Assembly: GCA_965285935.1 (NCBI GenBank)
Contig: OZ260666.1
Location: 45,694,001-45,758,000 of the forward strand
Direction: 5' to 3'
DNA: 64,000 bases
From: Ophelia neglecta
Taxonomy: Eukaryota
Shown: piece by piece, positions 29,309 to 41,900 of the stretch
Position numbering within the stretch: position 1 is the stretch's first letter
How the letters are laid out: each line of letters begins with the position of its first letter
Notes under the pieces: generated by a model
What the model saw: only the letters and a program-made list of their open reading frames with translations
What the model was told of the DNA's origin: nothing
The model's database searches: none
Translations under genes and position numbers: made by a program

Positions 29309-30609
29309 TAAGAAGCTAATGTTTAATAACATAATAATCATATAGTTTTAGTCAATATTACTATATCAAATCTACAGCTTAAGGATGGCTAAACAGGCAG
29401 TTACCCGAGGCGTGTATATTTTTCTCTTTATCACTGAGAAGGTTCCTATAGGGGGCGTTGTTAACGTGTTTGAGATGTCAGGATTCTACCCCGAGGATAC
29501 CAACACAGTACATTCAGGAGTTGTCTTGAGAGGCTTTTCCAATCAACCATGATTTCTTCCCGCCTCTAGCACTCACTTTAATTTCTCCCAAAACACCATA
29601 TATCTTATTCAAAGCTCCTGCGATCATACGCTCCAACGGACAAGCATCCGATCAGCGGCATTACAAATATGCATCCGCAGTACAACAATCCATAGGCACT
29701 CAAAAAAGGAAAGCACATAGTCAGACTTCCATTAGACGTTAATCTGAGGAGATACACCCAATCGCTAAATACTGCATACGAGATGGATCTTATACACAAT
29801 GCACATTGCGCATGCAGAGAATGCTGTTAATGTTTTGTTTAAAACCTGCCAGGCCTAGGGAAAAAAACTGAACTATAACATAATACAGTGTATCAGAAGA
29901 ATAATATTTTACAACATCCATTTGGCGCATCAAAGGGCATGACGGGAAGGAATTGGTTCGTCAGTTTCTCCGCCGAAATCTAAATTTCGTCATCCGTGGC
30001 TTGAAGTCACCAGCTTATCTAGAGCCAACGTTTTAACGAAACATGTTTCAGCAGGTTTTCCAATACCTGTCTGAATTAGATCAGGACTTTGTTTAAAGAG
30101 GATAAGACGGGCGTAACTTCTGTGCTAGTCGTTTAAAAGGGGGTCGTTCAAGAGGGCGTAAAGCAAGTAGGATCAACTATGAGCGCCAAAGAGACCACAC
30201 GGGCACTGTTGCTTTCCCCATTAGCCAATTGGAATATATGATCCTCCTGCTTTCATTTTTTAACGCGTTCGATATGTGAAGTCGCTCATGAAGGAGTCAC
30301 CTTGGTGGTCTGTGGACTAATGTACGGAGTAGGGATGGCTCAACGAAGATGAGTTTCTCCTGTAGCTAATAAAGCATTTCTCCAGAGTCATTTTTGCCAA
30401 CCTGGCGGTTTTATTACTGAACAATCATCACCCTCACATTTCTTTGGAAGCCATTGACTAGTGAAGGGAGAAAATGATTCAGGTGATCAATTCCTCTTCC
30501 GCCCCATACGTCATACAAACTGCTACTAAAATAAAAATAAAATGTCAATGAGGGGCTGATGCCTTATCCAGGACGCCAGCGCGGGCGTAAGGCATGGTCA
30601 AGATCTCTA

Positions 30610-31062
30610 CCAGCGCAGGTGTCATCAGCTGGACAACCCTGGTAGACATTGCCGAAATGACTACAGCAGAGAAATCTTCGCCGACACGGTCGAGGCGAAT
30701 ACCAGCGCAGGCCGTTGAGATCAGCAGGCCGACCTATGTCGACACGGTCGAGGTGACAACCAGCACAGGGGACATCAACAGGCCGACCTATGTCGACACC
30801 GAAACGACTACCAGCACAGGTAACTTAAGCAAGCCGACATTTGTCGACACCGAAACGACAACCAGCTCAGGTGACATATGCAGGTCGACCTATGTCGACA
30901 CTGAAACGACTAATAGCACAGGTGACATCAGCAGGCGACCTATGTCGACACCGAAACGACAAACAGCTCAGGTGACATCAGCAGTCCGACCTATGTCGAC
31001 ATCAAAACGACAAACAGCTCAGGCGACGTCAGCAGGCCGACCTATGTCGACACCGAAACGAA
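30610..31062 (+). repeat. 51-bp tandem repeat (7 good copies plus degenerate 5' copies), reading RPTYVDTETTTSTGDIS
   Basis: Unit ccgacctatgtcgacaccgaaacgacaaccagcacaggtgacatcagcagg, with GTCGAC once per unit; one 54-bp unit and one 50-bp unit. Confidence 0.92.
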
Positions 31063-34000
31063 TTCACCAATTGATTCCAGCAATTCGGGGATAAAACAGG
31101 TCTGACACGTACAGCAGACCTGATCTCACAACAGATCGGGGTCATTTCTGATTTCCGGCTGAGGTTAGCTGATCTGGGGAGATGTGCACTTAGTTTCATA
31201 AATGAAATATTGAATAAAGCAGCCAAAAATTCGGTGAATGAGATGAGGCACAAAAGGCCTGGAGATTATCTATGTCTGGGGACTTTCCAGGTCGAAGCCT
31301 TGTGATTTTTTCCGCCCCACTCCTCCTGTACGATAGGTTACTCTGAGGGAGTAGCGGCATCTCATAATGAAAGTGACAGCTGGTGATATCTCTGCGAAAT
31401 AGGGGCCTGACAACTGGGACTAAAACGTAGTTGGTTACGTCTGCAAATTAGGAAACGTCGCCGCTTTATTGATCATTGGCAAAGGACAGCATCATGTGTT
31501 GATGGCTGGCACCTAGGCTGATATCGGGTTAGCTTCAACTTCTACCATAACTTCAAACTGTCCTTCTGGTGTTACAATTATGTTGGGAGTATGCTATTTT
31601 AGTAGATTATCGGCAAAGAAGCACCAAAAAGAGACAAGGCAAAAAAGGTTTATACACGAATTGACTGCGACGCATGGAGGCCGCAGTCATCTAGGACACA
31701 GATTTGTTACCACCGCATATCACATGGTAGACCCAACCGCACACGTGAGATTTATTTAAAACATTGTTGCGCCTTCACCCCGTTGTTCAAGTAATGCATT
31801 CAGAAGTACGAATACACTGGGGACAGTTAATTCGTAAACTATCCCAGTAGATTCGTGCATACAAATCAACAGTTTAAAAGAAGACGAAAAAAGTAAAATA
31901 AAATACAATAGTTTACTTTTTAGAAGTAATACCATACCTTAGAAAATTTATCCCAAGAGCCTTTCAATGATCAAAAGAAAAAGCACTTCTTTTAACAATG
32001 CTGTTACCTACAGCGTAACTTACTTAGTGCAGACTACAAGAAACGGCTTCTACTTTACCTTCTTCCTGGTTTAATTTGTTTCATCACATGGAGGCTCTGT
32101 GTATGCATCAAACTCCTCAAATCTTGTGTCGCCGAGATTTAGGAGACTTTCAGCTACTTCGGCTGCATTGGTGGCGTCGAAGGTTTTATCCAAAGGGCTT
32201 ATCTGGGTGAGCCACATAGGGCTTACAATGTTTGACTCAATATTTACCACGGAACAGAACTTCTAGAAGTGATTCATTCACCTTCAAGTTGCATATGAAA
32301 CGGCGGGCCAGTGAAACTAGATTGCAGCTCGCACATGATCAAGTACACATACACTGACATGTGTACAATTTTTCAGGCATTGTCTTGCGTACCTAGCCTA
32401 GACTGGCGAAGTTATATAACCCATAGTTGAACGCCGTGATTGACTCAAAGTCTCAAAGAGACATAATGTAAAGCGTGAAACATGACAGATTTGCTCAAAG
32501 CAAGATGGCTACATTCACTTTGTTTCACAGTTGAGGACAGGGGACGGGTTTTACCGCTAAATAACAACTAATTGACTGACACTGAGCATATAACTCCAGA
32601 CCGAGGCTTCTTTAATCTTTTATAGTTGGGTCACACGGTCGCGGCCTCCCATGGCTTAATATTTGAAAAGATTAGTGCATGGGACTCCAGTGTTATTGTG
32701 GCTCGGAGGGCAAATTGGAGGGTATTGGAAATTGCTGAAAAAAGGAAACACTAGATTCCAACAGAAGATATTATTCCGCACATTGTACCAATTTTCTCTC
32801 AATTTCCCGATCTTGCCCATAAGGACTTTCCACTTTGAAAACTGGGCATTTTTTATCCGGAAAATTGCATTAATTTCAATTTCAAAAAACTAACATTGGG
32901 GCGATGTTTGAATAGATTTTTATCTGAATTTCCTATAATGTTCATGTCAATTGCACCGCCCGTCTCGAGCCTAACTGTGCAACAAGGACGTGGCGTATTC
33001 CCCCATGACCCTTATAAACTTTTAAAGATATGCGATAGACTGTCAGGTATAATGTTCGACGCATTAAGTGGTTGCCACGGGGAAATCATTTTGCCTATGA
33101 CTTACAAGGGATCTACAATAAACATTAATGCATCCGCACACAGTGTTGGGGAAACCTACTTTGGCTAATTAATCCCAGCAATCCTATCTCCAGGGGAAGA
33201 CGTTAGATGAATTCAGACCGACTTAATTATAACGGATAGTTATACAAATTAAAATCCCAGATAATGTGCTTATCTGTCGGATTTTGCGAAATAAACGTCG
33301 CTCTGGCGTCCAAGTTACCGCCCAGCGTAAGGAGGTTACGAATTCAAAGAATTTTTAGAATTCACAGATGATTATGTCACTAATTTATCCAAGCATATCA
33401 CACGACGAAGACTTGTGCATGGTATCCTATAAACCATTCCATTGGGCTTTAAGTGCGTTAACATGCAATCGATGATCATAGATCTCCAAGGATATATACA
33501 TATCTGAGAGGTTATATCTACAATGGACTCTCTTGGGGTACATTTATTCTCTAATAGCTTACTCCCCTATAAACTCTTTCTTCTCTGTCCCACGGTGGCC
33601 ACTAGCTCGCTGTTTGTGCTTTGAATCGAGCCATTGAAACTGGTGATTAACTCTTGACTTTTGTCACACTAGTCGACCATTTATTTATTGAACACGATCC
33701 CTCACTTAAATACACAGCTGGGATATTATTAATGCATTTTTCTTACTACTATGCACATTCTTTATTAATCCATGAAATGCAAACTGAAGTTTAACAACTT
33801 ATTTGGGCCACAAAGAACCCATATTAAAACACTCGGCATTCTTAAAATAGAAGACTTGGGGATGGCAAATAATAATTTTGTTTTATGAGAAGTTTAAGTT
33901 GGTCACTGGACTGGAAAAGAAAGCGTATAATGAAAAATTAGTAATAATGACTCACTTCGGTGCCCGTCATTCCGAATACAAAACTTTCTTTGATATCGTG

Positions 34001-34189
34001 CGCTCCCGTAATGGTCCTTGCCGAGGTGGCGCTTCAATTGAACTCCTGGAACTAGCCATCTGCAATTTCGGAAGAGTAAAATTACTTTTATAATTATAAG
34101 CTGGGTTAAATATGTATATTTATGGCTCCGCCTGACTGACTGCACTAAGGTAGAAGCTTGTTTGCAATGCTTTGACAAATTAAGTGATT

Positions 34190-34345
34190 TAACTTGAAAA
34201 GGGTTCTTTACAGTTCATATTGCAATGACAATTATTATACATAACATAAATATCAGAGCTGGCTCCTAGCTGACACCATAACTTATTGACTTGAAAAGGG
34301 TCATTAACAGTTTATTTTGCAATGACTCCTTGCTGACACCATAAC
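34190..34345 (+). repeat. Short local direct duplication
   Basis: acttgaaaaggg..acagtt..ttgcaatgac...ctcct.gctgacaccataac occurs twice in tandem. Confidence 0.7.
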
Positions 34346-36449
34346 ATATATAAAGATCAATAAAGCTTATTCTACTACACATTAATCCCAAGGAGCCAGC
34401 AAACAATTAATTACATGAAAAAATAATACTGGTAAAGATAATTTAAGAACTTAAAGGCAAACATTGCAAAGGTGGGGTGAACACCATACCATAAGGCCAT
34501 AAAAACCACCACATAACAAAAAGTATACAAATTCATTCATGTACATAGCTCTTTTTTTAATCGGCCTAAGCGGCGGCAGCAATACACGTATGAAGGAGGA
34601 GATGGGTGGTAAGTTGTGGTTAGCGAGAGGAATAAACGATCCGCTCTTTGGGAGTTCTAAACGAAGAATGAAGAAGTTTGAATCACTGCACACAGAGAGA
34701 ACAAACTCATATATACCACTTTGGTGTCTTCTTAATGGCATTCAAGGCAAAAAGTCTTTAAAGTCTGTCGTGAGTCAAGATACTCTACATTGTGTAGAAT
34801 AAGATATAGAGGGGGTTGGGAGGGGGGGGGGGAAGAGACAGTTATAAACTTATTGCAGGGCGCTGTTATAATCGACGCATGTCTTTATTACTATCCTTGT
34901 GTTAAAAAACAGCTTGGAAATTTCGTGAATTCTACCTGTCGCAAAATATTCCAGAAATTTTGGAAAAGGGACCGCTTACCTAGGGACCTTTTATTGAAAA
35001 GATACTCTAACCTAGGAAATTTCCCCAAACGACACTTTCAACCAACAACTGTTCACACTATGTGAATAAAAATGTCCCCTGCCCCCTGCATATATTTGCA
35101 TGAGCTTCAATCGTCAAAATTTCAAAAGAGTTTTGTAAATAATAGCATAGGTGCCCTTGCAATTCAAATATGTATTATCTCGTTTTGTGCAACTACAGTT
35201 AAACTACAGTATAACTGTTAAAGTCCTGACAAAGACATGTTGCTTCCATACCCCTTACTGTGAACATAATAGCCCCAGGGCCGGAAAAGGCTGGAGTTGA
35301 ATCAGTTCACTTGATAAATATGTATATACAGGGTCTGATGAGCAAATGAAACTCAGCCGGGGTACCTGCCAAGGCAATGGGGGTGACTGAATCCCACGTG
35401 TTGGCAAATATGGTGCATGAACCACCAATTAGTTCTATCTTTTTAAAAGTACAGTTCGCTACCAGGGAATGATTTCTTCCAATTCCTTTTTCGTTGTAAT
35501 TTGAATAACTGTTGACAATAGGAATTCAAGTAGTTTTCAACTTTTTAGTGTTTTTCGTCCTTTCAATCCGGTTACAAACTTTGACGCAATTTGTATGATG
35601 CACTTTGATTCTTTCTGCATTGAATTAATACTGAACCCCAGAGGCAATATAAGCTTGATTTATTTGCTTCGCTTCTTGTGTCAAGATCAGCAATTTGTAT
35701 TTCATTCAAAATACTACCCATTGTGTATAAAGCCTTACTTTGTATTGAGCTACTGTCTCTACGTACATACATGTATGTAGGGGGCAATAAAGACTACATG
35801 TATATAAGTAGCAGCAGCTGTAGTAGTAGTGGTGGTGGTGGTGCTGTTGGTACATTTCCGTCGTAGGCATGCAGGCTTAATTGGTATTAATTCTCCTTTT
35901 AACATATGGACAGTTTATGCCAATCTCTATCATAATAAATGAAAGTGTGTTGTCCCTTATTGAACGGAATTATAATAAATACTTGCATTTTTTTAACTTT
36001 TCATATTAAGGATTATTTCAGTGACTGGACTGATTCATCCATCACTATATATCAGTGGCTGGATTGCACATTATTTCCAGCACTACTTCTCGGGAGACAA
36101 AGAAATAGCTAGCTATGGCGTCTTGTGTGTTTATTTGATAAGAATGATGGTGCCTGTATAACTGTTAATGTAATTATATTTTAAAAGAATACTCAGTTGG
36201 GAAACATCTGCATTTATATATTTGGGCGTATCTTACACTTCCATGCACGATGTTCATTCTTAATGTCAACGTTACTGATTGTAATGTGTATTTCTTGTAT
36301 CTCACATAAAAGATTGTTTTTTATATTTACTTCTGATGATTTATGTCTCTCATTACTATTTTATCTAGAAATTGAAACTCAGACTACATTTTATGTCACC
36401 ATAGCATTTTAAATAGTCAACGACAACACTGGTTCGATTTTTAAGATAA

Positions 36450-36455
36450 TTTAAT
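36450..36455 (-). promoter_or_regulatory. Candidate polyadenylation signal (ATTAAA) ending a ~1.65-kb 3' UTR of the Hv gene
   Basis: ATTAAA on the minus strand, preceded by a U-rich stretch and followed about 25 nt later by a GT-rich tract (agtgttgtcgttg). Motif only. Confidence 0.3.
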
Positions 36456-38091
36456 ATAATAATCACATGAAAAGCTTAATGTCAAGTATCAACAGCAAAG
36501 AGTATGCAAAACAAACAACTGAACAGAAATCAACTGTAACAAAATCAACAAATGATCCTGTTATAATGATCTGAAACCAACTTGAAACATTTTATCCCAA
36601 AACTCCTTAATGGGGAACAGAAGAAGAATTTATACGAATTATGAAAAAAATTTCACAAAGGGCAAGTGCTAATCGAGGAACCATAAGTTTGGTAACAACC
36701 AATTCCACCGATTGCCACGGACTGGTGAAACATTACAACAACGGCAATTTGGCCATTAAATATCATAACAATCTGACTCAACCTGCAACTATAATATCAC
36801 CAACCTGTATTTGTATAGTAACAAAAGAGGTAAAAACAGGACTTGGAAGTCTTATTGCTTAGAGCAATGCGTTGGGCACACTGCGAGATGAGATATCATT
36901 CCGGCGAACGCTGTCTGTCCGCACTCGGCCACAGAAAAACATTCTCCAATTTTTAGGAAGAATGTCCTCTACATGCTCACCCGCCCGGAAAAATCCTACA
37001 TATGTACATATCAATTTACGCAATTTCAATTAAAATTCCAATGAATGGCAACACTTTATACAATCCAGTGCTCAGTTCCATGGCCGAGGGGCACATGAAA
37101 TACAAACTAGGTCTAAGGAAGTGTGCGTGTTGTTCTACCAGAAGCTAGTGTTAGAAGTGGTAATCTCGATCGCTTGGAAGGAGTGTAATTCTCTGAACTA
37201 GGTTGAATATAGGGCACAGTACTAAGTAGTGTTTTAAAATCCAGATATGGCATATTTACACTAATGATATGAACAATAAAACATTATATATATATATATG
37301 TATATAATGTACATATATATATTAGTGTATCAAGTGTGCAACTGTAAGTCAGAACTGTGCAGAAACTTCGCTCTCTGAAATGGTCAGTTATTTGGCGTAT
37401 GACCTCATATCCGTTCGCTAGCACATGACTACACGCGTGTCCTGGAGCACAAATTATTGAAGCATATCCGAGAAGCAGTAATGTTTTCTACTAGTAGAAG
37501 AGTTTAAATTGATATCGGCTGTCGTTTTTCAATCTTTAATGCTTATAAAGAACTCTTTATCCTTTTGATATCCCGCGTGCTGAATTAAATAGAGTGGTTT
37601 AGCCTTAAGACCCCAGTGAGTAGCATTGATATTATTCCTAATCGCATCGTATATGCAGTATATCCAAAGGTGTCTTCGACCTATAAAGCAAACAATATAT
37701 CCTTGGCTATGGCATCTTCTCGGCAAAACGTCGCCACTACAAATTGAAGGTAGTAGTATCGGAAACATTACGTATTTCAACAAAAACCCATATCACTCGT
37801 TACAACCCAGATTGCTTTAGATCAGTAGAAGTATTTCCGAATTCCAGCAAGCTATAACCAACCTTTTTCATAATCGGGTTACCTCATTCCCCTATAAAAT
37901 AAGGTAATATAAACTAGTTTAATATTACTTCGATTGTGTATGATAACGCTTGATTAAACAACAGGCAATTAAGAAATCAAGTGTTATGGCCTGTTGAACA
38001 ACATAAATTACTTTCATGATGCACGTGTACATTTGTTAAGGAAGTTATACGGGATATATTTGGTATTTTTGTGTGGTTATATTACTTTTTT

Positions 38092-38957
38092 TTAATGATT
38101 ACTTAATAGTTGACCTACCGGCATGTCAATGGATATGCTATTGGGAATCATGCGGTCGACACTTCGGCAGCGATCGACCTTGACCTTTCCATTAGTGCTG
38201 CCGCAGATATTATTAAAGTTCACGGTTGTGTCCTCGCTACCACGACGTGGTACGATCACCTGATTCCCAGCCCCTTTGAATTTGCCCTTATCTTTCTTTG
38301 AGGCACTGAGCGGGAAGGTGGAGTGGCCCTGTTGGAGATTTTCCGGAATAGTTGGCGTTCGGCGCGGGAACGTTTCGTAGCCTCTTTCCGGGCTCATCGG
38401 CCCGTTGGATAGCTCAATATTGACGGACGACTCCTCCGAGGAACATTCTTGATCACGAAGGGCGAATGTGACCTGTTTAGCGAGTGCAACCCCTGAGTCA
38501 TTATCTGTCTCCGTGAGGTTCGGTTGGACCAGATCGGCCTGGACCAGGTCGGCCTGGACCGCAGTGCTTACTAGCTTGTCTTTAGCAGGCTCGTCCGGCG
38601 AGCTTGGGACTTTATTCTCCGTCTGCGTAGATTCCTCCTGGATCACTTCGATGGCCGCCTGAGGCAAGGCATGGCTCTGAGGCGGAGTGGACGCGCGCCC
38701 GAATCCCATCGGCCGGCGACCGCGGCCCATTGGGCTACAGGCCCCGCCGATGGGTAAACTAGGCACCAAGTCCTGGAAACTTTGACGGCGACCACCGTGG
38801 ACGGGGTTCCCGCGACCGCCCGTGACGGGGGTCCCACGAACCGCTCCGTGTGTCGCGTTGTTAGATTGCATAGCTCCCGTCATGGACATGGAAAGACCAA
38901 GTGAGAGAGAGGCGATCGAAGATAGCCCAGTAGAAGTATCCATTTTATGAAAGACAC
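38092..38957 (-). CDS. HVCN1-like: Hv terminal coding exon: ~288-aa low-complexity cytoplasmic tail ending in TAA
   Basis: Acceptor ttttccgctgcag gives a phase-1 join (A+GT = Ser) into VFHK and ORF 38092..38943; GC-richer than the flanks. Confidence 0.87.
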
Positions 38958-41900
38958 CTGCAGCGGAAAAAGTAGTATGAGCATTGAACAGTTGAATTCG
39001 AAATGAGTCCCCATAGGTGTATATTATCGTCTCACTGTCTGCACGAGGTTGGTGATGAAACCAAGGGAGTCAATACCCGGCAAACGACGCGTGTTCTTAT
39101 ATTTTACATGTGTTTTTTGTCCGCAAACCCCTTTAGGCGCCAAAAACAGCAATCTAACTGAAGGACTCATCGCACTCTCAGCGCAGCACATGACTGTGCT
39201 CGTTAATATATCGGCAATTTATTGGTACACAGAAACATTAACCTGGAATCTAACAGGCGATCAGATAAGCCTGTTCGCATATATTCCTTTATATGTTTAT
39301 ATCAATTGCATTTACTTTTTGATGAGGGATATGCGAAATTTTTATACAGCGCAACTTAATCCCGTACGTTATTTCACGCCTCTTTGAAATAAATCAAGTG
39401 TTGGCCTTGATTGACAAAAGGAAAGTTAAAATCATAGTTCCTATCAACAACTAAAATATATAAAGAGAAACTGACTTTTTATACAAGCTTGTTTCTATTA
39501 AGTAAACTTAGGTCTATGCTTGATATTTTCGGATTAGCATTACTACAAGCTTTCAGGTTGCAAGATACTGTCATGGCGTATTGGTTTAAAGCCTGTGGCG
39601 TCTCCAGTAATACACAGTACCTATAAATTCAGTGTTTGCACACATCTTTAGATCAGATACAATTAGTCTTCGACAGTTTGACCGCAAAATGATTGAAAAG
39701 TCCAATTATACAACAGAGCGTTCAACTGTTGCCACTCTGCATCATGTATTAGAACAGCGTTTGCCGAAAGTATACCCAATTGCTTTAATTAAATCTGGGA
39801 ATAAGCATATTGATTTCAGCACACTGGGTTCGTAAAACTTTCCGGCCTTTCTCCGTAGCATACCCGCCCCTTTCTCCAAAATGAAGGTAAAGAAGTCATT
39901 ACAAGGCGACTTGTAACAGGAAATGAAATTGACCATATGTGAATATCCTGACGAACACTGACAAGTGGGTGTATTCAATAAGGCAGACTTACTTCTCCTT
40001 TTTGGCCTACATATGGCGACTTCGTCCTCTAAGGCTCCTTTATCAAAACACAGTTCCTTGAGGGCCAGTATTTCTTTCTGAAACGACGGCAAAGCTTGGT
40101 TAATATATCACTGTCCTTTTTGTACTGACAATCGATAGAATATGACTTCTTTCCAAGATTCAAAGGTAAAACAAAATGGCGTGATATCAATACGTCTGAC
40201 TTACATCCTTGAAGCCCCTATCGTCCTCTAATACTTCGATCTTCTTCTCCGCTCTACGTCTTGCTCGCTTTTGAAGTTTGATACGGAATTCTTGTCGTTT
40301 TTTTGCCGTTATCATAATGCCTGCAGAATTTAATGTAAACCAGATGCCTTAAACCTTATGTTATCATGTTTCATGTAAAAATCGATGATTTTCAATCCAT
40401 TTTTGCACCATAAATGAGCTAGCGTAACTAGTATATTCTGCCAAAGCGCATTACCCTTGACCTAATCTGACATGAAGGCTAAAACAGGCAGAGGAATTTT
40501 ATTTATTTCATTGTCAATTATATTTGTCAATATCCATATCAGGCTAGTAAGATGATACTTTTTACAAAGTAAACCTCCCTAAAAAGATGCCATCCAACAA
40601 TATAAGTGTTTAATTGGGGCCCTATATGCTAGACCTACACGGTGTGCATTATGAAAAAAGGGAGTGGATAACAGACAGACGAAGTCAAGTCAATAACTTG
40701 ACGTCACAATGTAAAGCGCCTAGGTCGACCGCATATGTGCTCAATCAATGCCTTACATTTGACCATATCTACATTGTAAGCCAGTACACAAATATCAAGC
40801 AAACCATTATCATTTTCCTTCGCAATTCGCGAATTGTATTACTGAGGAGTTCAAACATTACTACATGGAGAATAAGGGGGTCACTGACCGTTGATAATGC
40901 GGAGTATCCGCCAAAGCAGGAAGACGATGAGCAGAGCAACCGCCTCTTCTCCTTGTGCGCCTCCTATGCCCTCTACGAATACCACGTCAATGGCAAACGA
41001 CGCTATGATGACTATTCCATCGAACATCTACAAAACACAGTCAGGGAAGTTGTATTAATATATACTACAGCAAGCGCAATAGCACACGGTGTGGAAGGGA
41101 TGGGGGGTTGCATTTCATAAAACATTTTAATGAAAATTGGTTTCTCTTTCATGCCTATATATATTGCCCTAAGTTGATGCATTTGGTATTCTGAGTCTTG
41201 TCAACAACAATCGTCTGATACTATAAGGGGTCATATTAAATGAAACTTACCTCCATTTTATTTTTGAAAAAGCTACCACCCATCGCGTACATTTTGACAA
41301 TCAACTGAAAGGTTTGTGGTAAAGGCGATTAGTATAATTACAATGATTAGAACTTAGCTTTATAACAAAAGTAGCGTTTCGTTAACATGCTGTTCACGGA
41401 TACTGTCCAGAAGTAAGTGTATATTTTGGTTACGAAATCATTCATTTGCGACTCCATAAACGTCAAAAGTGTTACTTAAGAAAACTAACTTACCTGTATA
41501 ACAAATAGACCCAATATTGCTATACTTATATAGTGTAATATATGTGCAATTTTCAACAGTTTTTCTGCAGTGGTATAACCCCTTTTGTAATAGGTTTTCT
41601 TAGTGTAGTCTTTTGAAGAGTTCGCACTGTTATTGGAGTGTGATGAATCAAGCGTATCATTGAGAGCATTATAAGTTGAGATAGGTGAGTCGGTAATGTC
41701 ACCATTATCTGTTATCACTTCCGTTGAGGAATATCCCACCGAACTGCCTCCAGAATCCCCCGTCCCGCGCCGAGAACGAGGCAGCTCGTGCATATGCCTC
41801 CGATGCTCGGCACCGGACATTTGCATATCTTCTAGATGAACATTCGCCGACGACAACGCATCATTCTGCGCATGTCTGTGACGCAGCCGTGGCTTAGTTC

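Noticed and set aside
40614-41120. 168-aa plus-strand ORF
   Set aside because: Antisense shadow of the S3-S4 exon; no recognisable protein. The same applies to the plus-strand ORFs at 38110-38662, 41836-42269 and 57134-57328.
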